Source: Candidatus Undinarchaeota archaeon (lineage in GTDB: Archaea; SpSt-1190; JASMDC01). From it: a stretch of 64,000 bases of DNA. The translations under genes were made by a program, and so were the position numbers. Below the pieces are notes generated by a model. That model had not been told where the DNA came from and made no database searches. It worked only from the letters and a program-made list of their open reading frames with translations. The stretch spans positions 64,001-128,000 of the forward strand of contig CAZFHY010000006.1 in the NCBI GenBank assembly GCA_964519305.1, written 5' to 3'. Below, one piece after another: positions 38,107 to 47,155 of this stretch; the first letter of the stretch is position 1, and the number at the start of each line of letters is the position of its first letter.

Positions 38107-39390
38107 TTAGCTCAACCGAACAAGCTTCTCGCACGGGAACTGGAATCCCTCTGGCATTGGTCGTCCTGTCGGGGGCGCCAAGCAGTAGATGATCGTGTCG
38201 CAGTCCGTGAAGAGGACCGGGAAGCACACCCCCTCGTCCGGAAGCTCGCCCTCATCGGGCTGTGGCAGGTCGAGGCAGATGTTGGTCCCTTTCACCTTCG
38301 ACGGCTTCAGAGGCTGGCCGTCGCAGTAGGGCATCTCGCCCTCGCAGTTGGAGTTCACCGTGTCGCCCGTGAACGTGAGAACACGGGCGTACTGTGTGAC
38401 CGGGATCATGCACGGTAGGTCCTCGTTCGCAGTGGTCGCACACCCGATCTGCTTCCACGCACCGTCCAGGGAACATCCCGAGGGATTTGGATCAGTGGTG
38501 GGTGCTGGGGTCCCGAGCGGCGGTACTTCCCCCCGCTCGAGCTTGAGGCACGGCGGTTCCCCCTCCTCGAGAGGCTCGTCGTCCACGGGACAGAAGAAGA
38601 GCGAGTCGCAGTCGATGAACGTGAAGGGGATGCAGGGCTCACCCTCCTCTCTCTCCATGCAGAGCTGGTTCCCGTCAACGATCTTGCCCGTGAACGCCTC
38701 GTCCTTGTTACAGAAGCTACCGCGGCATCCGAATGTCCCCGTGCCCCCGTCGGTGTAGGTGAGCATCACAGTGGCATAAGCGAGAGGTGCAGGGCTCGGC
38801 ATTTCGCGGCCTTCCAGGTCGGTGTGCCCGGTCTGGACCCATGATCCTGTGAGGGAGCAGCCAGTTGTTCCGGTGGCCGGCGTCGCTGATGGAGACGTGA
38901 CAGGTATCGGGCTGGCCGTGGCCGCGATCGGATTCGGTGTCGGGCTGGTTGTCGCATCTACCGTATTTTCGGTCATGGGCGACGGATCCTCGTCAACGGT
39001 CGGTTCCGGCTCGGTGCCGTTCATCAACGTCTCCCAGGGGACGGACGTGGGAACCGCTCCATCGCCCCCACTGGTCCCCGTGAGCCCGTCCAGGTAACCG
39101 CCCTGGTACCCGATGAGCGCCACGCCCAGAACGAGCACCGCAACCATGCTCAGAAGGACAGGAAGACTGCTGGATGCGGCCTCTACGGCCACGACCTCCT
39201 CGACAGGGGCGGCCGTCGCCTCCACGTACGCGGCCTGGGCCTGGAGCGACTGGAATGCGGTGTCCACGGCGGCGGGGTCGTATCCGGACTGGATCATGTA
39301 GGAGCGTACCTGGTAGGGGGTGTAGCCCTGGTTGAGATACTCCTGGATATAGTTGGCGTAGTAGCTCGTGTAGTCCTGGTACGCCTCCAC
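38107..39390 (-). CDS. Membrane-anchored protein with N-terminal three-helix module and two Cys-rich lipocalin-like repeats
   Basis: YIQEYLNQGYTPYQVRSYMIQSGY; single TM; T/P linker; two C.L.G.W.Q.G...C...F.DCD...C...PC.KL.R repeats. Confidence 0.7.
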   Translation of the reverse strand: MEAYQDYTSYYANYIQEYLNQGYTPYQVRSYMIQSGYDPAAVDTAFQSLQAQAAYVEATAAPVEEVVAVEAASSSLPVLLSMVAVLVLGVALIGYQGGYLDGLTGTSGGDGAVPTSVPWETLMNGTEPEPTVDEDPSPMTENTVDATTSPTPNPIAATASPIPVTSPSATPATGTTGCSLTGSWVQTGHTDLEGREMPSPAPLAYATVMLTYTDGGTGTFGCRGSFCNKDEAFTGKIVDGNQLCMEREEGEPCIPFTFIDCDSLFFCPVDDEPLEEGEPPCLKLERGEVPPLGTPAPTTDPNPSGCSLDGAWKQIGCATTANEDLPCMIPVTQYARVLTFTGDTVNSNCEGEMPYCDGQPLKPSKVKGTNICLDLPQPDEGELPDEGVCFPVLFTDCDTIIYCLAPPTGRPMPEGFQFPCEKLVRLS

Positions 39391-39413
39391 GATATTCGTA
39401 TGGCAGTTGGGTA

Positions 39414-40184
39414 TTAAGTGGATTTGCCTTCGCGGGCCAGCGCCTCGCAGGGCACTTCCACGCCCGCGGCCGGGGGGCGGTCCACTGGCGAGAGGCAGTA
39501 CACCATCGTATCGCAGTCAACGAACTCCAGCGGGTAGCAGAGGCCCGTGGTGTCCATGCAGATGCGGCGACCATCCTCTGTCCTGGCGGACGTGCCCTCG
39601 CCCGGGGGACAGTACGGTTCTTTCCCCTCGCACTCGAGAACGGCGGTCCCGCCCTCATCGATTGTGACTATCCGCGCATAGTCCTCCAGTGCCACAGCGC
39701 ATGGTCGCTCCTCACCGTCTGTGGAGGCGCACCCAATCTGACGCCAGCGCCCTTCGATCGGGCACTCGAGCTCCGGGTCCACGCTCCGTGGCGTTGGTGT
39801 GGGGCTGGCTGAGGCGGTGCGACGCTGTGCGGTTCTTGTACTCGTGACGGCCTGGAGCTGCGTGCGGACAATAGGTTCAGCCTGGATCCCGCTGGTAGAG
39901 GTGAGGTTGTGGAGGAGACCTTGCTGATATGCAACAACAAACCCTCCTATGAGCACCAACACGGCAAGGAGAGCGACCACAGTTCCCCGGGATTGTCCTT
40001 CATTGGTCGGTGTCGGCGGCTCCTCCCCTTTAACGAGGGCCTCCGCAGTGGCCTCGTCGTACCCCATCTCGATGAAGAGCTCCTTGACCTGCTCGGGTGG
40101 GTAGCCCATCTGCAGGTACTCCTGAGCATAGGATGCATAGTAGCTGGAGTACTGGGCATCCCCCATCGGGAGGATACTCATCAC
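39414..40184 (-). CDS. Tandem paralog of upstream gene with one lipocalin-like repeat
   Basis: YAQEYLQMGYPPEQVKELFIEMGY; TM; CPIEGRWRQIGC...FVDCDTMVYC...PCEALAR. Confidence 0.7.
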   Translation of the reverse strand: MMSILPMGDAQYSSYYASYAQEYLQMGYPPEQVKELFIEMGYDEATAEALVKGEEPPTPTNEGQSRGTVVALLAVLVLIGGFVVAYQQGLLHNLTSTSGIQAEPIVRTQLQAVTSTRTAQRRTASASPTPTPRSVDPELECPIEGRWRQIGCASTDGEERPCAVALEDYARIVTIDEGGTAVLECEGKEPYCPPGEGTSARTEDGRRICMDTTGLCYPLEFVDCDTMVYCLSPVDRPPAAGVEVPCEALAREGKST

Positions 40185-40221
40185 TAGTGCTTTAATTGGT
40201 TTCTATGGGACCTCTGCAAGC

Positions 40222-40749
40222 TCAGAGCTTTTCGAAAGTGAGGTCCTTGGGTGGCATGCACATGGAGGCCACGGTGATGTGGAGTCGGTCCTCCTCGCCC
40301 TGGTAGATGGCAAGTGTCCGTGCGTCCATGGCGCGACCCTCGGATACCCGGTAGGCCTTGTTCCTGGAGAGGTAGTGGGAGCCGGTGAACGTCACGTCGA
40401 GCCACTTTTCCTCGCTCATGCCGTTGCCCCGTCCTTGTAGATGGAGCCCCTGCTCGTCCTCGTAGATGAGGAGCTTCGGGGCTTCGGGGAGGAGGGAGTC
40501 GGCCTGGATGAGATAGCCGTTGTCCAGCTCCATGTAAGAACCGTTCTCGAAAAGCGACTCTACGAGGTCGAGCTGGTTGTAGAGGGACTCGAGCGCGGCC
40601 CCGGGCACGGGTCTTAGTGAGCCCGCGAACCCGACGTTGTAGCCGGCGGCGGCGGGCGAGGCGAAGGGTTCGAAGACCTCTAGCCCCGATACGTCCAATC
40701 CGGTCCCGGCCTCGGCCGCGTCCATATCGAGAAGATACATGATCATCAC
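40222..40749 (-). CDS. Hypothetical protein
   Basis: 175-aa ORF with codon bias and its own TATA-like upstream element. Confidence 0.6.
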   Translation of the reverse strand: MMIMYLLDMDAAEAGTGLDVSGLEVFEPFASPAAAGYNVGFAGSLRPVPGAALESLYNQLDLVESLFENGSYMELDNGYLIQADSLLPEAPKLLIYEDEQGLHLQGRGNGMSEEKWLDVTFTGSHYLSRNKAYRVSEGRAMDARTLAIYQGEEDRLHITVASMCMPPKDLTFEKL

Positions 40750-40785
40750 TTGTCCTTGCGGACGGAGGCGACAAGCAATGGTCCG

Positions 40786-40870
40786 TTTTTAAACATTTTC
40801 TTTGGATTTGACACGAAATCGCACGATTTGGGCTTATTCCCCGAAAAAACGGCTATTAAGCCTTAATAAC
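40786..40870 (-). promoter_or_regulatory. Promoter with upstream palindromic operator TATTAAG-C-CTTAATA
   Basis: Perfect 7+1+7 palindrome at 40854-40868; GCGATTTC and GAAAATGTTTAAAAA (BRE/TATA-like) on the minus strand; same layout at 55362-55444. Confidence 0.6.
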
Positions 40871-40921
40871 ATCTTTGAGCGTCTGTAGGGCGTCGAAGCG
40901 CACCGCATACTTTCATGCTAT

Positions 40922-42093
40922 GTGAACTACCCCTCACCAATTAGAGGGGCTTCCCGCTTCGATACTGTTTCCAGCTCCACGGGCGCATCGGGTGGTCCCC
41001 ACCCTGAGCGATTCTGAATGTTGATTGCTGCGTTCAGGTCGCGGTCAATGGTAAGGCCGCAGTTCCAGCAGCTATGTACTCGAACCGACAGGTCCTTCTT
41101 CACTAGCATACCACAACGGCTGCACATCTGAGAGGTGTTTTTCGGGTCAACCAGTACTACCTTCCCACCAGCCTCTTCCGCTTTGTAGGTGGTGTACTGG
41201 ATGACCTTGTTCCAAGAAGCATCAACAATGGACTTTGCTAGATAGTGGTTTTTCATCATATTGAGGATATCGAGTTTCTCGAAGGTGATGGTCGAGTAGT
41301 TATCAGCAAGCTGACGGGAGAGCTTGTGGGCGAAGTCGGTGCGCTGGTTTCGGACCTTGCGGTGCACTTTGGCAAGCGCCTTCTTAGCCTTTTTCCTACG
41401 GTTCGAGCCAATCTTTCTTCTTGAGATCCGACGCTGACGCGTCTTGATATTTTTCTCCGACTCTCGGAGGAAGCGTGGATTCTCGATGACGGCCCCATCG
41501 GAGAGAGTGGCGAAATTCTCAAGGCCGACATCCACGCCGACGGCGATCCCGTCATGTGATCTAGCCTCGACTTTTACCTCACAGGAGAAGACGACGTACC
41601 ACTGATCAACATCGCGCTTGACGGTGCAGGTCTTTATCCTACCTTCGAGCGGTCGATGTAGCTTAATGCGAACGGGACCGATCTTCGAGAGTTTGAGATG
41701 CTGTTCATCCGGAGAAAGTGAGAAGCCGCTCTGCGGATAGGTGAATGAGTCATATCTCCCCTTGCCCTTGAACCGGGGGTATCCGGGAGTTTCACCGTTC
41801 CTCACACGACGGAAGAACGCGTCGAACGCCTTCCTCAACCTCCGGAGGACATCCTGAAGTACTTGGGAGTGGACCTGTTGCTGATACTCATCCCTGTTTC
41901 CCGGGAGGGCGTCCTGTTGGTCCCTGTAGGTGACGCATCGTTGCTCATCCTTCCAGGCATCCGTGCGTTCTGCAAGTGCGTTGTTATAGAGCCTACGGCA
42001 GGTCTCGAGTGTGAATATTAGAATCGATTCCTGAGACTTGTTCGGATACAGACGATATCTGTAGCTACGTATCACTGTTTCCCCGTCCCCCAC
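40922..42093 (-). mobile_element. Solo-TnpB IS200/IS605 (IS1341-like) element; left end not defined
   Basis: Right end GGAAGCCCCTC-TAATTGGT-GAGGGGTAGTTCAC hairpin ending at 40922; no tnpA; lower GC than flanks. Confidence 0.8.
40927..42093 (-). CDS. tnpB: RNA-guided endonuclease TnpB
   Basis: YRYRLYP HTH, GYPRFK, RuvC GVDVG / TFEKL / DRDLNAAINI all intact, Zn finger CSRCG...CWNCG. Confidence 0.95.
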   Translation of the reverse strand: MGDGETVIRSYRYRLYPNKSQESILIFTLETCRRLYNNALAERTDAWKDEQRCVTYRDQQDALPGNRDEYQQQVHSQVLQDVLRRLRKAFDAFFRRVRNGETPGYPRFKGKGRYDSFTYPQSGFSLSPDEQHLKLSKIGPVRIKLHRPLEGRIKTCTVKRDVDQWYVVFSCEVKVEARSHDGIAVGVDVGLENFATLSDGAVIENPRFLRESEKNIKTRQRRISRRKIGSNRRKKAKKALAKVHRKVRNQRTDFAHKLSRQLADNYSTITFEKLDILNMMKNHYLAKSIVDASWNKVIQYTTYKAEEAGGKVVLVDPKNTSQMCSRCGMLVKKDLSVRVHSCWNCGLTIDRDLNAAINIQNRSGWGPPDAPVELETVSKREAPLIGEG

Positions 42094-42140
42094 CAGATAT
42101 CCTATTGGATGAAATAGTATTGCCGTGAATAAATAGGACT

Positions 42141-42196
42141 GGGAGGTGGCGTGCCAGTACTCGTTCAGGAAGTAACTTTCGAGTAAGTCACCTCCC
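42141..42196. other. Structured intergenic hairpin between tnpB and the radical SAM gene
   Basis: GGGAGGTG (42141-48)/CACCTCCC (42189-96) and TACTCG (42158-63)/CGAGTA (42180-85) nested stems. Confidence 0.5.
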
Positions 42197-42255
42197 TCTC
42201 GGAAGGCGACATCCCGCCGAAACGTAGAAAAGAGTTAGTCATCATACGAGTGGTC

Positions 42256-43569
42256 ATGCGGGTGCTCCTCCTGGCCCCACGCGTGACGGAGGGCGAGTCC
42301 ACTCTTCCTTTGGGGCTGGCTTATATCGCCTCCGTGCTCGAGGCCGATGGATGCGAGGTCCTTGGACGCGACCTATCCTTCACAGGACCTGAGGACGTTG
42401 CACAGGAGGCCGCCGACCTAGAGGTGGACGTGGTGCTCGCATCCTCGCTCACCAGCACCCTGGGCCAGGTGTCGGCAGCATGTGACAAGCTCCGACGCGC
42501 GACGGGGGTCCCTATCGCCCTGGGCGGCCCTCACGCCACAGCTCTACCGACCCACGCACTGGACGCCGGTGGCTTCGACGCTGTGCTGGTTGGCGAGGGT
42601 GAGGACCGGGTGCTCCCGCTCGTCAGGGCACTGTCCGGGAGCGGCCGGTTGACACGCGTCCCCGGACTCCGCCTCCCCGATGGTGCGTCAACGGGCCCGG
42701 CTCTGTCGCCTCCCGATCCGGATGCTCTTCCCTTTCCACGACGAGATGCCTTCCCCGAGAGCTTGTACTCGGGCATGCCATCCCGGGGTCCGTATACTCC
42801 GCTCATCACCTCTCGCGGGTGTGGTCGCCGGTGCGCTCACTGTCCTTCCCGTTCCCTCGTGGGGGGTCCGAGACGGCGTTCTCCGGACAACGTGGCCGAC
42901 GAGGTGGAACACATACTCTCGTGCGGGTACCGTGAGGTCCACGTGGAGGATGATGGTTTCACCGAGGACCGGGGCCATGTGCTTGGAATCTGTGATGCCT
43001 TCAAGGAGCGTGGACTGGACATCGACTGGGCGTGCACCAACGGGCTCCATCCGGACGACCTGGACGAGGGCCTTCTAGCTTCCATGGCCGGGGCCGGTTG
43101 TTACTCGATCGCCCTGGGTATCGAGTCCCTTGACCGATCTACCCTGGCCACTCTGTGCAGACCTATGGACCTGGAACGTATCGCAGGACTTGTCCGTGCG
43201 GCCCACGACCACGGTATTGAGGTCTGTGGTTACTTCATGCTCGGCATTCCGGGGATGGAGCTCAATGATGGGGCATCCCTGGCCGACGAGGCACTTGCCC
43301 TTGACCTCGACACCGCCCATTTCTCCGTGTTCTCACCCTTGCCCGGATCACCCATATTCTCCCGTTTGGCAGCTGATGGAGCATCGGTTGATGAGCTGGT
43401 GGCCGGTCGCGTCCCTGGGATGGACCGGGCCACTCTCGAAGTGGAAAGTACTCGGGCGTACCGCCGCTTCTACGCGGGGCACAAGGGAGTTGCCGTGGCA
43501 CGCAAGGCCCTTTCCACTGGCAGACCGCTCGAGCCGATAGTCAAAAAGTTTAAAGACTGGTTCGTCTAA
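42256..43569 (+). CDS. B12-binding radical SAM protein
   Basis: LPLGLAYIAS, GGPHAT, GEGE, SRGCGRRCAHC, GIES, FMLGIPG. Confidence 0.92.
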   Translation: MRVLLLAPRVTEGESTLPLGLAYIASVLEADGCEVLGRDLSFTGPEDVAQEAADLEVDVVLASSLTSTLGQVSAACDKLRRATGVPIALGGPHATALPTHALDAGGFDAVLVGEGEDRVLPLVRALSGSGRLTRVPGLRLPDGASTGPALSPPDPDALPFPRRDAFPESLYSGMPSRGPYTPLITSRGCGRRCAHCPSRSLVGGPRRRSPDNVADEVEHILSCGYREVHVEDDGFTEDRGHVLGICDAFKERGLDIDWACTNGLHPDDLDEGLLASMAGAGCYSIALGIESLDRSTLATLCRPMDLERIAGLVRAAHDHGIEVCGYFMLGIPGMELNDGASLADEALALDLDTAHFSVFSPLPGSPIFSRLAADGASVDELVAGRVPGMDRATLEVESTRAYRRFYAGHKGVAVARKALSTGRPLEPIVKKFKDWFV

Positions 43570-43579
43570 CGCCCACCTT

Positions 43580-44995
43580 ATGGGCAAGCGTGTGGTTTTC
43601 CTTCGGGCCGATCCGGAACGGCTCTCGCCGGGACACCACCCGCGCAACGCCTACCCCTGCATGAACATCCGTTACAGTGCCTCCGTGGCCATGGCCATGG
43701 GGTACGATGTGGAGGTCATCGACATGGCAGCGAGCCTGCCGAGCGGCACACTGGCCGAATCGGTGGCCGCAGCACGACCTGACGCAGTAGTATGCGATGT
43801 CATCACCCCTGCCGTCCAGTTCACTCTTGACGCCGTCGAGCGGATCGGGGTCCCGGTCCTCGCTATGGGACAGCATTCATCGGCGCTACCGCGGACATTA
43901 CTCGATAGAGAGGGGCCGGTGGACGGCTGTATCGTGGGCGAGGCCGAACAAACGCTCCAAGAGGCACTGCCCGCTATCATGGCAGGGGACCTGTCATCCC
44001 TTGCCGGAATGGCCGGGCTCGTTGTCCGGTCACCCGATGGGCCCATCGAAGGACCGCCCCGCGCTCCTCTCGAGCGGCTCGATGAGCTCCCCTATCAGGC
44101 CCATACCTCTCACCACGGGAGCTACTACACGCACTATCCTATTCGGACCCGGGGCCGCCGTCGGTTCGGTTTCATCGAGGCGGGCCGTGGCTGCCCGCAC
44201 TCGTGCTTATTCTGTTCACAGACACTGCGGATATCCTATGGCAACCGGGTCCGGCTACGATCGCACGAGAGCGTGGCCGCTGAGGTCGATTATCTCGTCC
44301 GTGAGCTCGATGTGAACGCGCTCGTGTTCCTGGACGACGCCTTCTGTCTCGATCACAAGTTCGCCCATGGCATCTGCGACTCCCTTATCGAACGGGGGCT
44401 CAACGACAAGGTGTCATGGCTGGTGCAGACCCGTGTAGACGCGGTCGACGAGGACCTACTGACCCACATGCGTGAGGCTGGCTGCTCCTCAGTCTGCTTC
44501 GGTGTCGAGTCAGGCAGCCAGCGTGTGCTAGATGTGTTGCGCAAGGGCGTCAAGCTCGACCAGATCCGGGCAGCGTTCCAGATGGCACATGATGCGGACC
44601 TCCTCAGGGTCGGGTTCTTCATGCTCGGTAATCCGACAGAGACCCGGGAGGAGCTTGAGAGCACCAAGGCCTTCTGCCGTGAGCTTGCCCCGGACTTCAT
44701 TCAGGTCGCGTTCTTCACGGCGTACCCGGGCTCGGCCGCTTGGGCGGAATGGGGCGACACGACCGACTACGACTCCTACACCCACTATAACGCAGTGATC
44801 AGCAACCGGAGCGAAATGAGCAATGAGGAACTGATCGAGCTCCATCGGGAGTTCTATCTCACCTTCCTTTCCCGTCCGGACTTCGTCGCACGCTATGCCC
44901 GCTACCGTCTTCCCAGGGCCCTTGCGAACTGGCGCGAGGAAGCGGAGCTGATGCGGACGGCGTTCGGGTTCTTCACGTCCCAGCACAGTGATTAG
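43580..44995 (+). CDS. B12-binding radical SAM protein
   Basis: MGQHSS, GEAE, GRGCPHSCLFC, GVESGSQ, FMLGNPTET. Confidence 0.92.
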   Translation: MGKRVVFLRADPERLSPGHHPRNAYPCMNIRYSASVAMAMGYDVEVIDMAASLPSGTLAESVAAARPDAVVCDVITPAVQFTLDAVERIGVPVLAMGQHSSALPRTLLDREGPVDGCIVGEAEQTLQEALPAIMAGDLSSLAGMAGLVVRSPDGPIEGPPRAPLERLDELPYQAHTSHHGSYYTHYPIRTRGRRRFGFIEAGRGCPHSCLFCSQTLRISYGNRVRLRSHESVAAEVDYLVRELDVNALVFLDDAFCLDHKFAHGICDSLIERGLNDKVSWLVQTRVDAVDEDLLTHMREAGCSSVCFGVESGSQRVLDVLRKGVKLDQIRAAFQMAHDADLLRVGFFMLGNPTETREELESTKAFCRELAPDFIQVAFFTAYPGSAAWAEWGDTTDYDSYTHYNAVISNRSEMSNEELIELHREFYLTFLSRPDFVARYARYRLPRALANWREEAELMRTAFGFFTSQHSD

Positions 44996-45717
44996 GCGCG
45001 TCCGGTGAGCCGGAGCACGCCTTCCCGGAGCAGGGGGCGGAGGATTGAGTACCAGTCGAGGAAGGGCCGCATCTTGCTATACCCCTTCTTCTCATCGAAG
45101 CGCTTGGTCACGGGGACCTCGGTGTAACGGTAGCGCTTGACCGCCTGGATGAGCATATAGGGCTCGAACTCGTACCGGTCGAGCCACGGGGCCGAGAGGT
45201 CGAGCTCCTTTACCAGCTTGATCTTATAGGCGCGAAAGCCGTTCGAGGCGTCCGTTACCTTCTTCCCGGTCACCAGCCGGAACGTGATCGTGAACAGGTG
45301 GGTGGTCACACGTCTGAAGAGCGGGATGTCCGGGTGTCCCTCGAGGTACCGGGAACCTTGGACCAGATCGTTCCCTTCGAAGAGCGGGTCCAGTAGGTTT
45401 GGTATCTCGGCCGGCTCGTCCTGGTCGTCCCCTGCTATCGCCACGATGATGTCGTACCCCTTCTCCATGGCATAGGCCTGGACGCGCCGGGTGAGGAATC
45501 CCGGGCCACGGTTGACATCATTACGTAGTACGGTCGCACCGGCCTCTTTGGCCTCTTTCCCCGTGCGGTCGGTACTGCCGTCGTCAACGACCACGAACTC
45601 GTCAACGATATCCCAAGGGACCTTGCGCACTGTGCGGCCGATCTTGCCTTCCTCGTTGAAGGCGCCGGTCATGAGCAGAACGCGCTTGCCCCGGTACACA
45701 TCAAGCGGACAGGCCAC
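44992..45717 (-). CDS. GT2 glycosyltransferase (Dol-P-Man synthase-like)
   Basis: AFNEE, VVDDGSTD, IAGDDQD, QGSRY, TDASNGFRAY; start uncertain (GTG 45717 or 45699). Confidence 0.9.
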   Translation of the reverse strand: MACPLDVYRGKRVLLMTGAFNEEGKIGRTVRKVPWDIVDEFVVVDDGSTDRTGKEAKEAGATVLRNDVNRGPGFLTRRVQAYAMEKGYDIIVAIAGDDQDEPAEIPNLLDPLFEGNDLVQGSRYLEGHPDIPLFRRVTTHLFTITFRLVTGKKVTDASNGFRAYKIKLVKELDLSAPWLDRYEFEPYMLIQAVKRYRYTEVPVTKRFDEKKGYSKMRPFLDWYSILRPLLREGVLRLTGRA

Positions 45718-45730
45718 ATGCTTTAAAAGT

Positions 45731-46747
45731 TCAGGGGAAGGGGACCGGTGCCCGGTCCTCGGCCGAGCGCAAGGCCGCTTCCGCCATGCGCACCGACTGG
45801 ACGCCCACCTCACCCGAGGTCCGTGGCGTCTCACCGGTCCTGACGCAGTCCAGGAAGTGCTCTATCTCCAAGCGAAGGGGTTCGTGCTGATCGATAAAGG
45901 GCTGTGAGACGTTCCCCATCCGGCGCATGGCCCTGAACGCTCCGTAGGAATCGTAGCGGTAACCGTTGGACTCCAGGAATGCCAGATAGTCGAAGTCGAA
46001 CACGTTGAGCTGCGGTGTGATGCTGTCGAGCTGCGCCGAGCGCGCCTCTCCCACAAGCCACATCTCACGCACTTTTCGTGGGGTGAGCCAGCTGACTGTG
46101 ATGTTGGCCAGGATGTTATCGGGGAATCGGAGTGTGATGAACGCCACATCCTCGAACGGCGTCTGGGGCAGAACTGAGCTGGACGTTGCGGAGATCTCTA
46201 TGGGGGTCGCGCCCAGTAATAGGCAGACCGTGTCGAAGTCGTGGACGGCGAAATCGAAGATGACACCACAATCCAGGCGAGGTGTGCGGAATCCGATACG
46301 CGAGCAGTGGAGCATGTAGATCTTACCGAATGTATCGGAATCGATCTCTCGCTTGAGCGCCATCACTGATGGATCGAACCTGAAGATATGGCCCACTTGG
46401 AGGGTGAGCCCATCCTTCCTGGCTATCTTCATAAGGTCCTCGCACGCAGGGGAGTTCAGTGCGAAGGGCTTTTCCACAAGGAGATGCTTTCCTGCTTCCA
46501 GAACGGCGCGGGCCACGTCCGCGTGAGTGGCCGCAGGTGTGCAGACGCACACGGCATCTATGTCGCTCCTGGAGAGCAAAGAGTCCATGTCCTCGGTGGT
46601 ATCGACCCCGAAGGAGCGTTCGATCATCCGACAACGGGACCCACTGATGTCACAGACCTGGACAAGGTCGGTATGGGGCAGCTCGGTGAGTACGCGAACG
46701 TGGTTCTTGCCCCACTCGCCGACCCCTATGACCCCGACACCGACCAT
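45731..46747 (-). CDS. Gfo/Idh/MocA NAD(P)-dependent oxidoreductase
   Basis: VIGVGEWG, CTPAATH, GKHLLVEKP, DFAVHDFD. Confidence 0.92.
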   Translation of the reverse strand: MVGVGVIGVGEWGKNHVRVLTELPHTDLVQVCDISGSRCRMIERSFGVDTTEDMDSLLSRSDIDAVCVCTPAATHADVARAVLEAGKHLLVEKPFALNSPACEDLMKIARKDGLTLQVGHIFRFDPSVMALKREIDSDTFGKIYMLHCSRIGFRTPRLDCGVIFDFAVHDFDTVCLLLGATPIEISATSSSVLPQTPFEDVAFITLRFPDNILANITVSWLTPRKVREMWLVGEARSAQLDSITPQLNVFDFDYLAFLESNGYRYDSYGAFRAMRRMGNVSQPFIDQHEPLRLEIEHFLDCVRTGETPRTSGEVGVQSVRMAEAALRSAEDRAPVPFP

Positions 46748-46853
46748 GGGTGGGCGGAGATAAGTTAATTACATAAACCTTCCGCGGGGCCGCCGGGAAT
46801 ACCGGCACGCCACCCCGGTTCGGTTATAATACGATGAACGCCTCCTCCTAGCC

Positions 46854-47147
46854 ATGCGATGGCAGCGGCAATCGGAGATGGTCCTGATCAGGGAGATCGG
46901 CAAGCGTGGGGGTCTTCTGCCCATGCAGGTGGCTTCCCCCCTACTCGCCGATAGCCTGGGCATCTCGCGGGAGTTCGCTTCGGACCTCGTGAGAAGCTTG
47001 GTCCGTTCCCAGAGGCTGGCCGCTCACCAAAGCTTTTTATCTATCAACAACCATATCAGGTGTCAGTGTGGGGCGCGGATGTTCCCCGCCGCCTTGGCCC
47101 GAACGGGAGGCGTGTGCCCGCACTGCAGAAGGATGATGACCACCTGA
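46854..47147 (+). CDS. Small HTH + zinc-ribbon protein
   Basis: LADSLGISREFASDLVRSL HTH-like; CQC...CPHC Zn ribbon; followed by T-rich tract. Confidence 0.55.
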   Translation: MRWQRQSEMVLIREIGKRGGLLPMQVASPLLADSLGISREFASDLVRSLVRSQRLAAHQSFLSINNHIRCQCGARMFPAALARTGGVCPHCRRMMTT

Positions 47148-47155
47148 TCATTATC

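Noticed and set aside
42141-42250. Cobalamin riboswitch upstream of B12-rSAM genes
   Set aside because: Only GGAAGGC resembles the consensus; the other conserved elements (GCCACTG, B12 box) are absent
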